A DNA stretch of 64,000 nt, taken from Anaerohalosphaeraceae bacterium. GTDB taxonomy: Bacteria; Planctomycetota; Phycisphaerae; Sedimentisphaerales; Anaerohalosphaeraceae. A model generated the notes under the pieces. The model searched no databases, was not told the origin of the DNA, and worked only from the letters and a program-made list of their open reading frames with translations. Of this stretch, positions 21,001 through 30,509 are shown piece by piece (the stretch's first letter is position 1; each line of letters begins with the position of its first letter). The position numbers were made by a program, and so were the translations under genes. The stretch spans positions 1 to 64,000 of the forward strand of contig CAXXSL010000011.1 in NCBI GenBank assembly GCA_963675525.2, given 5' to 3'.

Positions 21001-24000
21001 TGACGATGTGGAACTGAACAAAGACGCCGGCAGCACCGTGGCGGCCGGCAACATTGACATTCATTCCAGCAATACAACTACCTATCTGTACAGTGATGTA
21101 ACAGCCGGTGGCGACATTTCACTGCACAATAACACTTGGGCAGCAGGCGGCATTAAGCTGGATGCCGGTGATGACGTGGAAGCATACGGCACAATAACCG
21201 GTGCAGGCAATTTGGACGTTGAAGCGGATGACAACATCAGACTTCGTAAAAACGTTGATGTTGCAGGCACGCTAAACGCAAAAGCCGGAAGCAGCATTAC
21301 TCTGAACAGCACCTCCGGTAATACGACTTCAGGTAACGCAATGATCATGGATGCCGGTAATGATATTGCTGTTTACGGCAATACGACTTCAGGTACCGCA
21401 ATGACCATGGACGCCGGCAATGACATCTTGTTGAAACGGAATGTTTCTGCGGGCACCACAATGGATCTGCACGCAAAACGTGACATCAAGCTTAATGAAA
21501 ATTCCGGCAATACCGAGTCCGTCGGAATCATGGACCTGACCGCAGATAATCGCGACATCCTTGTCTATGGCATGACGACCTCAGGCGGCAACATGACCAT
21601 GAATGCCGGCGATGACATCCGCCTTAAGAAGAATGTTTCATCGGGTGCGAATATCGACCTGGATGCGAATGATGACGTTGAACTGAACATCAATGGCGGA
21701 AACACCACGGCCGTCGGTACGATTGATATTCACTCCGGCAACACCACCACTTATCTGTACAGCAACATGTCTGCCGGTGGAAATATTACACTGCACAATA
21801 ACACCTGGACTCAGGACGGCATTAAAATTGATTCCGATGAAAATGTGACGATTAAAGGCCACGTTACGGGTGCCGGCGATCTGGCCATTGAAGCCGGTTC
21901 AATTGAGCCGGGTGCTTACCGCGACCAAGACGACATCACCCTGCTGAAATCGGTAACCGTAGCAGGCGACCTCGACATGACCGCAGGCAATGACATCTTT
22001 GCTCACGGCAAACTGACAACCACAGGTACCAACGGAACCGGCAACATGACGCTGGACGCCGGCGATGACATGTATTTGACGGCGACTCCGATAAGTGCAG
22101 ATTCTGCGGGCATGATGACGCTGACAGCACATCTCGATCCCACCAATCCGGGTTCCGGCAATGTGGACGTCGAAGGTGATCTGTTTGCAAATAATACCAT
22201 TGAAATCACTGCGTCTGAGAACACCATCTATCTGGCAGGTGACGTCAAGACGACCGATGGTGATGTTATCTTTAACAACAACGTCATTGCCGACGGTTCC
22301 GGAAGCCAGTCTTTCGACGCCGACGGTAATGGTAAAAAACTAATCGCCAAGAGTTCGATCAAAAAGACCGAACCCGGTAGTTTAACGCTGGATGGCGGTC
22401 ATAACGCTGGTTATGAAATCGAACTGGACGGCGACGTAACAGTAGCCAATGGCACTCTGTATGTAGGCGAAAACAACTCTTACGCCGACGAAACAACTGT
22501 CGCTGCCGGCAAGACGCTCCAGTCCACAAATGGTGATGTACGAATCGCCAGTGATATTAACGGTGAAGGCGATCTGACCATCAATGCCGGTGACGACCTT
22601 CGCGCTTACGGCGACATTGATGCCGCAGGCCACCTGGCAATGAATTCCGGTATGGTTAGCGGCCAGGAATCCGAAATGATGGTTGACGGCGATGTCACAG
22701 CTGAAACGATGCTCCTGCGAGCCGGAACCGGTACGGTTGACGGAACTCTCAGAGACCGAATTAAGATTTACGGCGATGTTGAGAGTACTGTCGGTGATAC
22801 AGAGATGATTTCAGATGATTACATCTATGTTGACGGCGATGTCACCGCCGCAAACGATGCAAAATTGATCGGTAACAATGACCATCCCGCCGGCGGTATC
22901 GTAGGCAATGTTACCGTTACCGGAGATGTCGATGCCCAAAATGACATCATGGCTGAAGGTAGAAACGTTAGTATTTACGGTCAGGCCACAGCCGGAAACG
23001 ATGTTAAGATCGAGGCTACCGACTATGGCTTTAACGGGACTGACGGTGACGTTTATGTTGGCGACGGCATTGACGCCGGAAACGATATCACGGTTAACGC
23101 TACCGATGACATTACGCTGGGAACAACCGGCGGTGTCAGCGGTGATGCCGGTGGAAATATTGTCCTGCTGGCCGATGGCGGCAGCTATGATAGCCCGTAT
23201 GGTGGCGATGTCACTGTTTATGGCGACCTGCTGGCCGACGGCAGCATTGAGATCGATGCAGCCGACGAGACGATTTATCTCTATGGCGACACGCACGCCG
23301 GTGACCACGTCTTGCTGATGGCCAATACAAAGCTCAAAGGAAAGGGTGACCAGTGGATCACCGCAGGTTCGTACGTCGAAGCCGATGGTTATGTCCGCAA
23401 GGTCACCAAAGGCGATATGTGGCTACTTGCCGAAGGTACAAACGAAGACGGCGTATCTTTAGATTTCCGGTATGTCAGCGATGACGAAACGGATCCCGCA
23501 GTCAGCGCCTACAAAGGCAACATCTGGATGATCGGTGCTGAAGATATCCAGATCAGCGGCGACGTAACCACGTTTGGTCCGGATGCATGCGGCAACACAC
23601 AAGAGATCTGCAGCGACGATGAAACAGGCGGTGTCCTGATCTATTCGATTGACGGCGGCATCTACACCGAAGGCGATGACGGTGCATTGACGGTCAATGT
23701 TACCGGCTATTCCGATCATTATAATGGTTGGGGTATCTACAATCCGCTTCTTGCTTTGAATGACAACAGCCAAGACGGTGGAAAAGTCCAAGCGGCCGCC
23801 TCTGAGATCGAGGAATGCTTCTTTAACAGAGTGGCCATTGCTATCGTCAGCAACGACACGCTGGTTCTTGGACCGAAAGGCTCCCTGAATGCTTACGGCG
23901 TTTACTATGACTACGACCCCGAACTCGGCGGCGTCGATGATCGCGGGATGATCAACTTCCTGGCCGATGACGGCGTATCAATCCCTGATGGCGGTCCTGT

Positions 24001-25024
24001 ACGAGATGAAGGCGACCCGTTCGATATGGCGATCTATGTAGCCAGCACCGGGACCGACAGCGAACACGGCCAGGGGCCCGAAGGCAATGTGCATATTGAC
24101 ATGCCGGTTCAGATACGCTCTAAGGTATGGGTGCCCTATGAAGACGTGACTTCAGAACCTACCGCGGCAAGGATCGATAACGTCGAATCCTCCGAGGAAG
24201 GCTATTGGACATGCGAAGCCAAGGGGGCTATGGTTATTGACTCTTATGACACAATAACCTTCGGTAAAGACTTCAAAACATCTCTGTTCGGCGGCAAAGT
24301 CGGCGACAGACTCGAAGTTGTCTCACGCATCAGTGAATGGCTGGAAGACGCTTATGGAAGACTGCCTTATGCTCAGGGTGGCGGAGCGTTCCCGGCCGGT
24401 TATCACTATGTCCTGCGTGGTGCTGGTCTTGAAAATCCAAATATCACGGACGGCCGGGCCTGGGTACTCGAGTCACGAGCCCAAAACGGACCCGTCCCGC
24501 TGGCAGCACTGGATATCCCGCAAACCAAGGGGTGCCCTGTTGAAATGGATGCCGCCGCAGCTGAATTGTCCATCAACACAGACCAGTTACAACTGCTGAT
24601 TGGTAACTCGCTGGCAACTAACCCGAATCTGCAACCGTGTGAAGCTTGTCAGAATCTGCTAACCGCGGCAAACACGATGAAAGACATCGATGGCTCAAGA
24701 ATGGCGGCATTGGCGCAAGTATTCAACACGCTCGCACCAGCGGATGCCCCGTTCACACCGGAGGTTTCGGCGAATGTTGCGACGGCTTTTGCAGGGATAG
24801 CCGACGACGATCCGATGCGTGAACAATACGCTCTTGCTGAAGAATTCATCAACGCATTCGTCAGCTATGTCTCAGTTCTTAACCGTGACCTGCAAGTCCC
24901 GGTTGGTGACCCGGCGGCATTGGTCATGGAGAAATACGGGGAAACGCTTGCGAATAGTGATAACCCGAATATCGCTGCGTTTGTCGCTTCTCAGATCGAA
25001 GCGTCAATGAGCGGTGCACTGTAA
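18059..25024 (+). CDS. TpsA filamentous-hemagglutinin-family exoprotein (2321 aa)
   Basis: Signal peptide, TPS secretion domain (AVINW, VLNRV, NPNGI, GGFAEVSG, LLIDP), long G/D/N/T-rich beta-helical repeats and a helical C-terminal domain. Confidence 0.93.
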   Translation: MKTLVQIPSRQLLHKSIACFLIFSMLFVVPAQVTLATPTNGNVVDGQAGVSQIANTTTVDVMTSNAVINWDSLDTTSAEVLQFLHDGGHFAVLNRVVQGGMTQFDGSLFGNQGTIIVVNPNGIAFGPTALVQAYQFTASALNISNEDFMNGVYQFAGGGMGDVSNYGHISAEQVALIAKKVHNSGTISSPGGFTIMASGDSVYLGSEGSNVVVEVAGVTVPDGATEGIGDVVNEGTIEAIDGKIIMAAGDTYVRAIDGLDTLTVAVASGTGTVQQRGTLIADGSEGNGGSIQLSAASEVLFADGSVTTANAGANGDGGQVIAYSPELLTFSEGALIEAKGGSESGNGGFAEVSGVEGIFFGGVADLTAANGEDGMLLIDPRNITISDAVASYHNINIGHLEHQLNHHSSVTVNTSSYSGNEAGDLTVNDDINWYSHRDLTLKAKTDLTVNDAITNTGSGDLTLEAGRHITINAPISVGDDLDLFADASGNVVGDMHSGIGATLHAGDDIDIKGNEIILGDAVSAGDDLTITGRDCIPVENDYVWGDVWVLSTLDAGGDIDISVTGEEKILIQEGYYTYKWICGQRKKVWVDTSYYDYIYHPGTIYLYDDVTAGCNLSLFNNTYTANGVTLQAGRNVNLVNDNAGPTKKDNATFLKGTKWLEIIAGAKPGVTDGEIRADNTEISVSGSTLIMEQDVTLNTNDYLFDNQENTDLTLISNNGSVISDMSKAVNAADEWASIGASAKYHVFLEGNGSIKLGDSGTDSTKSVVTQIGDIDVISGYNVDATKDIKAGDDIRISAKHGVNLQGAESGDDMTIKADVDKYWGENVTANGTLNAGGDMTLEGSNVILKDSAEAGDTMDILAHGLYSLDGKAPGSLVGSGDVLVDGSLKSGGNMTVTAIRKTGGPANGPTFDGGSAPYTATGSILIDGKADAGGTMDMNAGHDIIVKGDTLSGGNMTMNAGDDIRLKRNVNSGANIYLDADDDVELNKDAGSTVAAGNIDIHSSNTTTYLYSDVTAGGDISLHNNTWAAGGIKLDAGDDVEAYGTITGAGNLDVEADDNIRLRKNVDVAGTLNAKAGSSITLNSTSGNTTSGNAMIMDAGNDIAVYGNTTSGTAMTMDAGNDILLKRNVSAGTTMDLHAKRDIKLNENSGNTESVGIMDLTADNRDILVYGMTTSGGNMTMNAGDDIRLKKNVSSGANIDLDANDDVELNINGGNTTAVGTIDIHSGNTTTYLYSNMSAGGNITLHNNTWTQDGIKIDSDENVTIKGHVTGAGDLAIEAGSIEPGAYRDQDDITLLKSVTVAGDLDMTAGNDIFAHGKLTTTGTNGTGNMTLDAGDDMYLTATPISADSAGMMTLTAHLDPTNPGSGNVDVEGDLFANNTIEITASENTIYLAGDVKTTDGDVIFNNNVIADGSGSQSFDADGNGKKLIAKSSIKKTEPGSLTLDGGHNAGYEIELDGDVTVANGTLYVGENNSYADETTVAAGKTLQSTNGDVRIASDINGEGDLTINAGDDLRAYGDIDAAGHLAMNSGMVSGQESEMMVDGDVTAETMLLRAGTGTVDGTLRDRIKIYGDVESTVGDTEMISDDYIYVDGDVTAANDAKLIGNNDHPAGGIVGNVTVTGDVDAQNDIMAEGRNVSIYGQATAGNDVKIEATDYGFNGTDGDVYVGDGIDAGNDITVNATDDITLGTTGGVSGDAGGNIVLLADGGSYDSPYGGDVTVYGDLLADGSIEIDAADETIYLYGDTHAGDHVLLMANTKLKGKGDQWITAGSYVEADGYVRKVTKGDMWLLAEGTNEDGVSLDFRYVSDDETDPAVSAYKGNIWMIGAEDIQISGDVTTFGPDACGNTQEICSDDETGGVLIYSIDGGIYTEGDDGALTVNVTGYSDHYNGWGIYNPLLALNDNSQDGGKVQAAASEIEECFFNRVAIAIVSNDTLVLGPKGSLNAYGVYYDYDPELGGVDDRGMINFLADDGVSIPDGGPVRDEGDPFDMAIYVASTGTDSEHGQGPEGNVHIDMPVQIRSKVWVPYEDVTSEPTAARIDNVESSEEGYWTCEAKGAMVIDSYDTITFGKDFKTSLFGGKVGDRLEVVSRISEWLEDAYGRLPYAQGGGAFPAGYHYVLRGAGLENPNITDGRAWVLESRAQNGPVPLAALDIPQTKGCPVEMDAAAAELSINTDQLQLLIGNSLATNPNLQPCEACQNLLTAANTMKDIDGSRMAALAQVFNTLAPADAPFTPEVSANVATAFAGIADDDPMREQYALAEEFINAFVSYVSVLNRDLQVPVGDPAALVMEKYGETLANSDNPNIAAFVASQIEASMSGAL
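20915..21808 (+). repeat. Intragenic repeats in tpsA: 225-bp pair (20915-21139 and 21584-21808) and a 60-bp-period tandem (21317/21377)
   Basis: Both long copies encode GGNMTMNAGDDIRLK.NV.SGANI.LDA.DDVELN...TTYLYS...AGG.I.LHNNTW. Both tandem units contain AATACGACTTCAGGTA. Confidence 0.85.
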
Positions 25025-25046
25025 TAACGTGTCTGTTTTGAAAAAT

Positions 25047-25086
25047 AAAACGCCGCTGAGAGCATTGTCTCTCAGCGGCGTTTTTT
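25047..25086. terminator. Bidirectional intrinsic terminator between tpsA and the convergent TPR gene
   Basis: AAAA-CGCCGCTGAGAG-loop-TTCTCAGCGGCG-like stem followed by TTTTTT. Confidence 0.9.
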
Positions 25087-25110
25087 AATCACTGGTCGGC
25101 CTTTTCCGTA

Positions 25111-26040
25111 TTAGTTTATAGCAGCAACGTATGAGCTTTCATTGCGAATGCGATTGATCTGTTCGTAAACCTGTGCGACCTTTACGAAGTCTTTGCAGGT
25201 TTCGACAGATCCGGACGCACAGGTCAGATAATATTCCGAACGCTCCGATTGTCCCTGTGCCCTGCATATCCGCGCTTTTGTCAGCCAGACATCAATCAGC
25301 ATCATATTCTGCCGTCCAAAAAGGCCTCGTCGAATCGTTATGGCTTCCGTGATGTAACCATCGGCTCGGTCCAATTCGTTTTGAACAAAGCAGCATTCCG
25401 CCATATTTTCAAGCACATTGGCTGTCATCAGATGCCGGGGGCCGTAGCTTTCCCGGATCATATCCAGAGCCATAAGGTAGTTGGCTTCAGCGTCATCAAA
25501 TTGACCTTTAGCGGCCAGTAATTTAGCCGATTCAAGTACGAAAGGTGACATTTCATTGCTTTGAATATCGCAATGACTCAACATAATCGAGACCGCTTCT
25601 GCAAGCGATTGTTCCGCCTGCTCCAGTTCGCCGGCTCTTCGCTGTACATCGCTGAGCATCCGATAGGTCTGGGCAACGTAAGGATGCGCGTCAAACAAGG
25701 CTTGTTTCTGCAGTTGGACTCCTGACAAAAACATCTGTTCCGACTCTGAAAACATCCCCAAATTACTGTAAACGGTAGCCATATCGATCATGCATAATGC
25801 CATCTCATTGGCTTCGACATTCGCCTGACGAGCGGTGTTCAACGCCTTTTCGGCAAACCCGCGGGCTTTGTCGTACTCACCGTAAGTCATATAAACCCGC
25901 GCCATCGTCCGCAGTGTACGGGGAGATTGGTTCTTAGAGGAGTGATTGACCGCCGCCGAGCCGACAGCAGATATCAAAACCATCAGTACGACAAGCGATG
26001 CAATTCTGATTCTCATCTTAAACTGGTATTTCCGCGTCAT
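25111..26040 (-). CDS. Exported tetratricopeptide-repeat protein
   Basis: Signal-peptide-like N-terminus and about six 42-aa TPRs of the HP.VA..Y..L type. Confidence 0.85.
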   Translation of the reverse strand: MTRKYQFKMRIRIASLVVLMVLISAVGSAAVNHSSKNQSPRTLRTMARVYMTYGEYDKARGFAEKALNTARQANVEANEMALCMIDMATVYSNLGMFSESEQMFLSGVQLQKQALFDAHPYVAQTYRMLSDVQRRAGELEQAEQSLAEAVSIMLSHCDIQSNEMSPFVLESAKLLAAKGQFDDAEANYLMALDMIRESYGPRHLMTANVLENMAECCFVQNELDRADGYITEAITIRRGLFGRQNMMLIDVWLTKARICRAQGQSERSEYYLTCASGSVETCKDFVKVAQVYEQINRIRNESSYVAAIN

Positions 26041-26359
26041 ATTTATTCCCTTTTTGGGCTTTCTGCCCAATCACCTGAATCTTCTTTCTATTTAAAAGAT
26101 AACTAACGTTACCTCCCAACGGCCAAATGGAACCCTGCCTTAAGCTGAAAATAGAAAGAAGCTCATAAAACGTAATCCAGACAATCGTTACAGCCTGAGC
26201 TTTTGACTTATGGGACCTTTGACGGGCAATAGAGCTGCGGGGTGAAAATATGAATATTTATTGATGAAAATATCGTTTTTCATGCTCGGAAGCTTAGCAA
26301 AAGTTAAAAAACAATAAAAAAAGCTGGAAATTACAGGATTTCCAACTAAAATCCCTACC

Positions 26360-26830
26360 ATGAAATTTGTACTTATTGATAAAATAATCGCCTTGGAACC
26401 CGGCAGGAGTTTGACTGCTGTCAAGAGCGTTTCGTTGGCCGAAGAATACCTGGCAGATCACTTTCCGGCATTTCCGGTTCTTCCGGGCGTGCTGCTGCTG
26501 GAAGGGTTGATTGAATCGGCATCATGGCTGGTTCGGCAGCATCAAAATTTTGCCAACAGTATGGTCTTGCTGGAATGCGCGAAAAATGTTAAATATAAGA
26601 GTTTCGCCGCACCCGGGATGCAGATTCGCTATGAGGTAACTGCTTCGACAATCGAGGAAAACACCAGCAGTTTTAAAGGGATCGGCACATGCGGCGAGGA
26701 AGCAATCGTCGAAGCGAAACTGACCTTGCGGCATTTTAATCTCGGCGATGAGAACCCGAAATTGGCACAGGTGGACGGACAGGTCATAAACAATATGAAA
26801 CAGCGATGGAAACTGCTGTTTTCGGAATAG
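26360..26830 (+). CDS. FabZ-like hotdog-fold 3-hydroxyacyl-ACP dehydratase
   Basis: F.LIDKI, DHFPAFPVLPGVLLLEG. Confidence 0.9.
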   Translation: MKFVLIDKIIALEPGRSLTAVKSVSLAEEYLADHFPAFPVLPGVLLLEGLIESASWLVRQHQNFANSMVLLECAKNVKYKSFAAPGMQIRYEVTASTIEENTSSFKGIGTCGEEAIVEAKLTLRHFNLGDENPKLAQVDGQVINNMKQRWKLLFSE

Positions 26831-26887
26831 AGAATACGAAATGAATTTTAAACGGATGATTGAATACAGTAACGGAGGCAAACCATT

Positions 26888-27280
26888 ATGGCTATGAGCC
26901 GCGATGAAATTTTTGAACAGGTACAAGAAGTCTTGGTCGACGCCCTTGGGTTGGATGATGACGAAGTGACCCCCGAATCAACCCTGATGGGTGACCTGGG
27001 CGCTGAGAGTATTGATTTTCTGGACATCGTCTTTCGCCTGGAGAAAGCATTTGAAATCAAAGTTCCTCGCGAGGAACTGTTCCCCGCCGAAAGCGTTCTC
27101 AACAACCCTGAGTTTGTCAGCGGCGGCAAGCTAACCGAAAAGGGTCTGGCCGAGATCAAGGAAAAAATGCCGCATACCGACCTGGGTGAATTTGAACAGG
27201 ACCCGGACGTCAACAAGATCGCTGATCTGTTTACCGTCGATGCCATTGTGAATTTCATCGACCTTAAGATCAACGCTTAG
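26888..27280 (+). CDS. Acyl carrier protein, enlarged (130 aa)
   Basis: DLGAESIDFLDIVFRLEKAF phosphopantetheine-site motif, with about 45 extra residues before the final TV..IVNFI helix. Confidence 0.9.
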   Translation: MAMSRDEIFEQVQEVLVDALGLDDDEVTPESTLMGDLGAESIDFLDIVFRLEKAFEIKVPREELFPAESVLNNPEFVSGGKLTEKGLAEIKEKMPHTDLGEFEQDPDVNKIADLFTVDAIVNFIDLKINA

Positions 27281-27357
27281 CTTAATTGAAAAATTCTTGC
27301 ATCGGCAGGATTGCATCATGCTTTTCCTGCCGATGTGTATTTTTACAAGAAAGACTC

Positions 27358-27837
27358 ATGCGCTGGATTTGGATTGATAAATTTTTGGAATTTAACAGTG
27401 GTGTAAGCGCCGTTTCATTGAAAAATGTTACGTTGGCCGAGGAACATCTGCACGACCATTTTCCGGGTTTTCCGATCATGCCGGAATGCCTGATGATCGA
27501 GGCGATGGCCCAGACGGCAGGTATTCTGGTCGGCGAAGCCCGCAAGTTCAAGGAAAAAGTTATTCTTGCCAAGATCAAGAATGCCGTTTTTCATCATTAC
27601 GTACGTCCCGGTGACACCCTCACCCTGCATGCCCAGATCGAATCGATCGCGCCGGAGGCTGCCAGCACAACCGGCCAAATCCGCCGCGGTGATGAGGTGA
27701 TTGCCCGGATCAGCCTGATGTTCAGCCATATTGACAACAACCTGGCCGGTAAGCAGTTTCCGGAAGAAAATTTCGTATTCACCGATATGTTCAACTCCCT
27801 GCTGACCGGTTTTGTGGAATCGGAGCCGACCCCATGA
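27358..27837 (+). CDS. Second FabZ-like dehydratase
   Basis: WIDKF, DHFPGFPIMPECLMIEAMAQ, VRPGD. Start placed at MRWIW. Confidence 0.88.
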   Translation: MRWIWIDKFLEFNSGVSAVSLKNVTLAEEHLHDHFPGFPIMPECLMIEAMAQTAGILVGEARKFKEKVILAKIKNAVFHHYVRPGDTLTLHAQIESIAPEAASTTGQIRRGDEVIARISLMFSHIDNNLAGKQFPEENFVFTDMFNSLLTGFVESEPTP

Positions 27838-29156
27838 GTAAACGTCGTGTCGTCGTCACCGGTTTTGGAGCCGCATCACCCCTTGGATTGACCAGTCAGG
27901 AACTGTGGGCTGGTCTTTGCGAAGGCAAATGCGGCATCGACACCATCCAGTCTTTTGATCCGGCGGAATTTCCCTGTAAGATCGCAGGTGAAGTGCCGGA
28001 CTTTAAAATCCGTAACTATGTTCCCAAAAGCCATCGCAAAGCGACCAAACTGATGAGCCGGGATATCGAGCTTTCAATTGTTGCCGCGGACGAAGCCGTC
28101 AAAAACAGCGGCCTGGTCACCAAAGCGGCTGGAACGGATACTGTAACCATAGCACCCAATCGCAGTGCCATCAGCTTCGGTGCGGGGCTGATCAGCTGCG
28201 ATCTCGTGGAACTGGCACCTTCTGTCGCCCTTTCGATCACAGACAACAAATTTGACCTGCACAAATGGGGCAAGGCCGGTCTGGAGGCGTTGACGCCTCT
28301 GTGGTTACTGAAATACCTGCCCAATATGCTTCCCTGCCATGTCGGGATCATTCATGACATTCAGGGGCCCAGCAACACGATCACTTGCGGCGAAGTCGCC
28401 GGGCACATTGCGATCGCCGAAGCCATGGAGATGATCGTCCGGGGCGATGCGGACGTTGCCCTATGCGGCGGCTGTGAGGCCAAGGTCAATCCGATCGTCA
28501 TGATGCGGCAGTGTCTGCTGAAGCGTGCGACATTCGAAAACAACGACCGGCCGCACGAGGCCGTCAGGCCCTTTGATGCTCAGGGGTCCGGTGCCGTTTT
28601 TGGTGAAGGCGCCGGGGTACTCGTACTGGAAGAACTTGAGTTTGCTGCATCCAGGAACGCAGCAATCCTCGCAGAGATCGTTGGCTGCGCATCAAGCAAC
28701 AGCCTGAATACGCAGTATGAACATCTTGAACCGGATGGCAAAGGAATTCAGATCGCTATCCAAAAGGCATTTGAAGAAGCCGGGATCAAACCCGAACAGG
28801 TCGACTTGATCATTCCCGCCGGAACCGGCATCCCCGCTGATGATAAAGCCGAAGCGGCGGCATTGCATACGGTCTTTGGTGAGGCACTGGACGCTATTTC
28901 CGTTTGGCCGGTCAAAAGCATGGTTTCACATACCGGTGCGGCCGCCGGGGCAATCGACCTGATCGCAGCGATCATGGCCATCACTCATAAAAAAATCGGT
29001 CCGGCTGCCAACTATGATACGCCTGCGGAAGGCTGCCGGCTAAACATTGCGAAAGAAAGCACCGAAAAAGAAATCAATTACGCCCTTTGCTGCGGTTATT
29101 CGTTTGGCGGACAGACCGCGGCTATTGTCGTTAAAAAATATGAGGAAACAGATTAG
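27834..29156 (+). CDS. Ketosynthase-like chain-length factor (catalytic Cys replaced)
   Basis: FabF fold (RRVVVTG, RPFD, GEGAG). GPSNTITCGEVAG places Glu at the TAC cysteine position and IIPAGTG replaces the HGT histidine. Confidence 0.85.
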   Translation: MSKRRVVVTGFGAASPLGLTSQELWAGLCEGKCGIDTIQSFDPAEFPCKIAGEVPDFKIRNYVPKSHRKATKLMSRDIELSIVAADEAVKNSGLVTKAAGTDTVTIAPNRSAISFGAGLISCDLVELAPSVALSITDNKFDLHKWGKAGLEALTPLWLLKYLPNMLPCHVGIIHDIQGPSNTITCGEVAGHIAIAEAMEMIVRGDADVALCGGCEAKVNPIVMMRQCLLKRATFENNDRPHEAVRPFDAQGSGAVFGEGAGVLVLEELEFAASRNAAILAEIVGCASSNSLNTQYEHLEPDGKGIQIAIQKAFEEAGIKPEQVDLIIPAGTGIPADDKAEAAALHTVFGEALDAISVWPVKSMVSHTGAAAGAIDLIAAIMAITHKKIGPAANYDTPAEGCRLNIAKESTEKEINYALCCGYSFGGQTAAIVVKKYEETD

Positions 29157-30464
29157 ATGAGACATCGGGTCGTCATCACAGGAATGGGAATCGTTTGCCC
29201 GCTGGGACATGATGTTGAAACCATGTGGGACGGTCTGATGACCGGCAAATCCGGCGCGGCACCCACTACGATCTTCGATGCCTCTACGTTTCCGACCGCA
29301 TTTGATGCAGAAGTCAAAAATTACGATCTTTCGCGATTCGTCAAAAATCCCAACCTCCATCAACACAGCAATCGCGGATCATCGTTTGTACTCGGTGCCT
29401 GCGCAGAAGCATGTCGGCAGGCCGGTATCGAAACCGAAACGAACAACCCGGCCGATACGATCGATCGCACACGCATGGGTATCTATCTGGGAGCCGGTGA
29501 AGGTTCTGTCGATAATGACGCCTTCTTTGATGCGATTGTAAAGGGATGGAATAGCGAAACAAATCAGATGGATTGGGCCCAATGGGGCAAGGTCGCCCTG
29601 TCCAAAATGTCAGCCATGCGGGAAATGGAGCAGGAGCCGAATATGCCCGCTGGGCATCTGGCAGTACTTACAGGTGCCCGGGGCATCACGCGAAGCTGCC
29701 TGACGGCCTGTGCTGCCAGTACTCAGGCGGTGGGAGAAGCAGCAATGCTTGTTCGGCAGGGAAAAGCGGACATCATGATCGCCGGCGGGGCTCATTCGAT
29801 GATCCACCCGCTGGGCATTACGGGTTTCAACCGTCTGACCGCCCTTTCGACTCGAAACGACAGTCCTACGACTGCCTCACGCCCATTCTCGGCCACTCGG
29901 GACGGCTTTGTCATCGGCGAAGGCGCCGCCATCGTCATTCTGGAAACGCTCGAATCCGCCCAAAAACGCGGAGCAACCGTTCTCGCTGAAATCACCGGGT
30001 TTGGCAGCAGCAATGATGCCTTTCGCGTCACCGACATGCACGAAGAGGCACGCGGCGCCGTGCAGGCCATACAGGCCGCCCTGCTGGATGCAGGGGTGAA
30101 CATCCATGACATCGACTATATCAGCACACACGGAACCAGCACCTCCGAAAACGACTCGATTGAGACGCTGGCCATCAAGACCGTATTCGGCGATCATGCA
30201 AAAAATGTCCCGGTCAGCAGCCCCAAAAGCCAGATGGGCCATCTCATCGGGGCAACGGGCTGTGCGGAGTTGATTACCTGCGTCAAGGCGATAGAGACCA
30301 ACACCCTGCCGATGACCATGAATCTCAATGACCCTGACCCCGAACTGGATTTGGACTATGTACCCAATAAACCCCGAAAGGCCAAAGTCGAAATCGTCAT
30401 GAGTGAATCGTTTGGTTTTGGCGGGCAAAATAATGTCTTGATTCTCCGCCGCTTTGCGGAATAA
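29157..30464 (+). CDS. Beta-ketoacyl-ACP synthase (FabF-type, active)
   Basis: Intact triad LTACAAS, STHGTST, MGHLIGA, plus SFGFGGQN. Confidence 0.93.
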   Translation: MRHRVVITGMGIVCPLGHDVETMWDGLMTGKSGAAPTTIFDASTFPTAFDAEVKNYDLSRFVKNPNLHQHSNRGSSFVLGACAEACRQAGIETETNNPADTIDRTRMGIYLGAGEGSVDNDAFFDAIVKGWNSETNQMDWAQWGKVALSKMSAMREMEQEPNMPAGHLAVLTGARGITRSCLTACAASTQAVGEAAMLVRQGKADIMIAGGAHSMIHPLGITGFNRLTALSTRNDSPTTASRPFSATRDGFVIGEGAAIVILETLESAQKRGATVLAEITGFGSSNDAFRVTDMHEEARGAVQAIQAALLDAGVNIHDIDYISTHGTSTSENDSIETLAIKTVFGDHAKNVPVSSPKSQMGHLIGATGCAELITCVKAIETNTLPMTMNLNDPDPELDLDYVPNKPRKAKVEIVMSESFGFGGQNNVLILRRFAE

Positions 30465-30509
30465 TATAGTGTTGTTGTAAGCTTAAATTGAATGTAAAGA
30501 AGAAAAGCC

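Noticed and set aside
20915..21808. Diversity-generating retroelement TR/VR pair
   Set aside because: Both copies are in frame in one gene, differences are not limited to adenines, and there is no reverse transcriptase.
18059..25024. CdiA contact-dependent inhibition toxin
   Set aside because: No VENN-type pre-toxin motif or recognisable toxin tip, and a terminator rather than an immunity gene follows.
1466..25100. Genomic islands integrated at tRNA-Arg or tRNA-Cys
   Set aside because: Accessory-type genes follow both tRNA 3' ends, but I found no integrase and no duplicated tRNA 3' end within the window.
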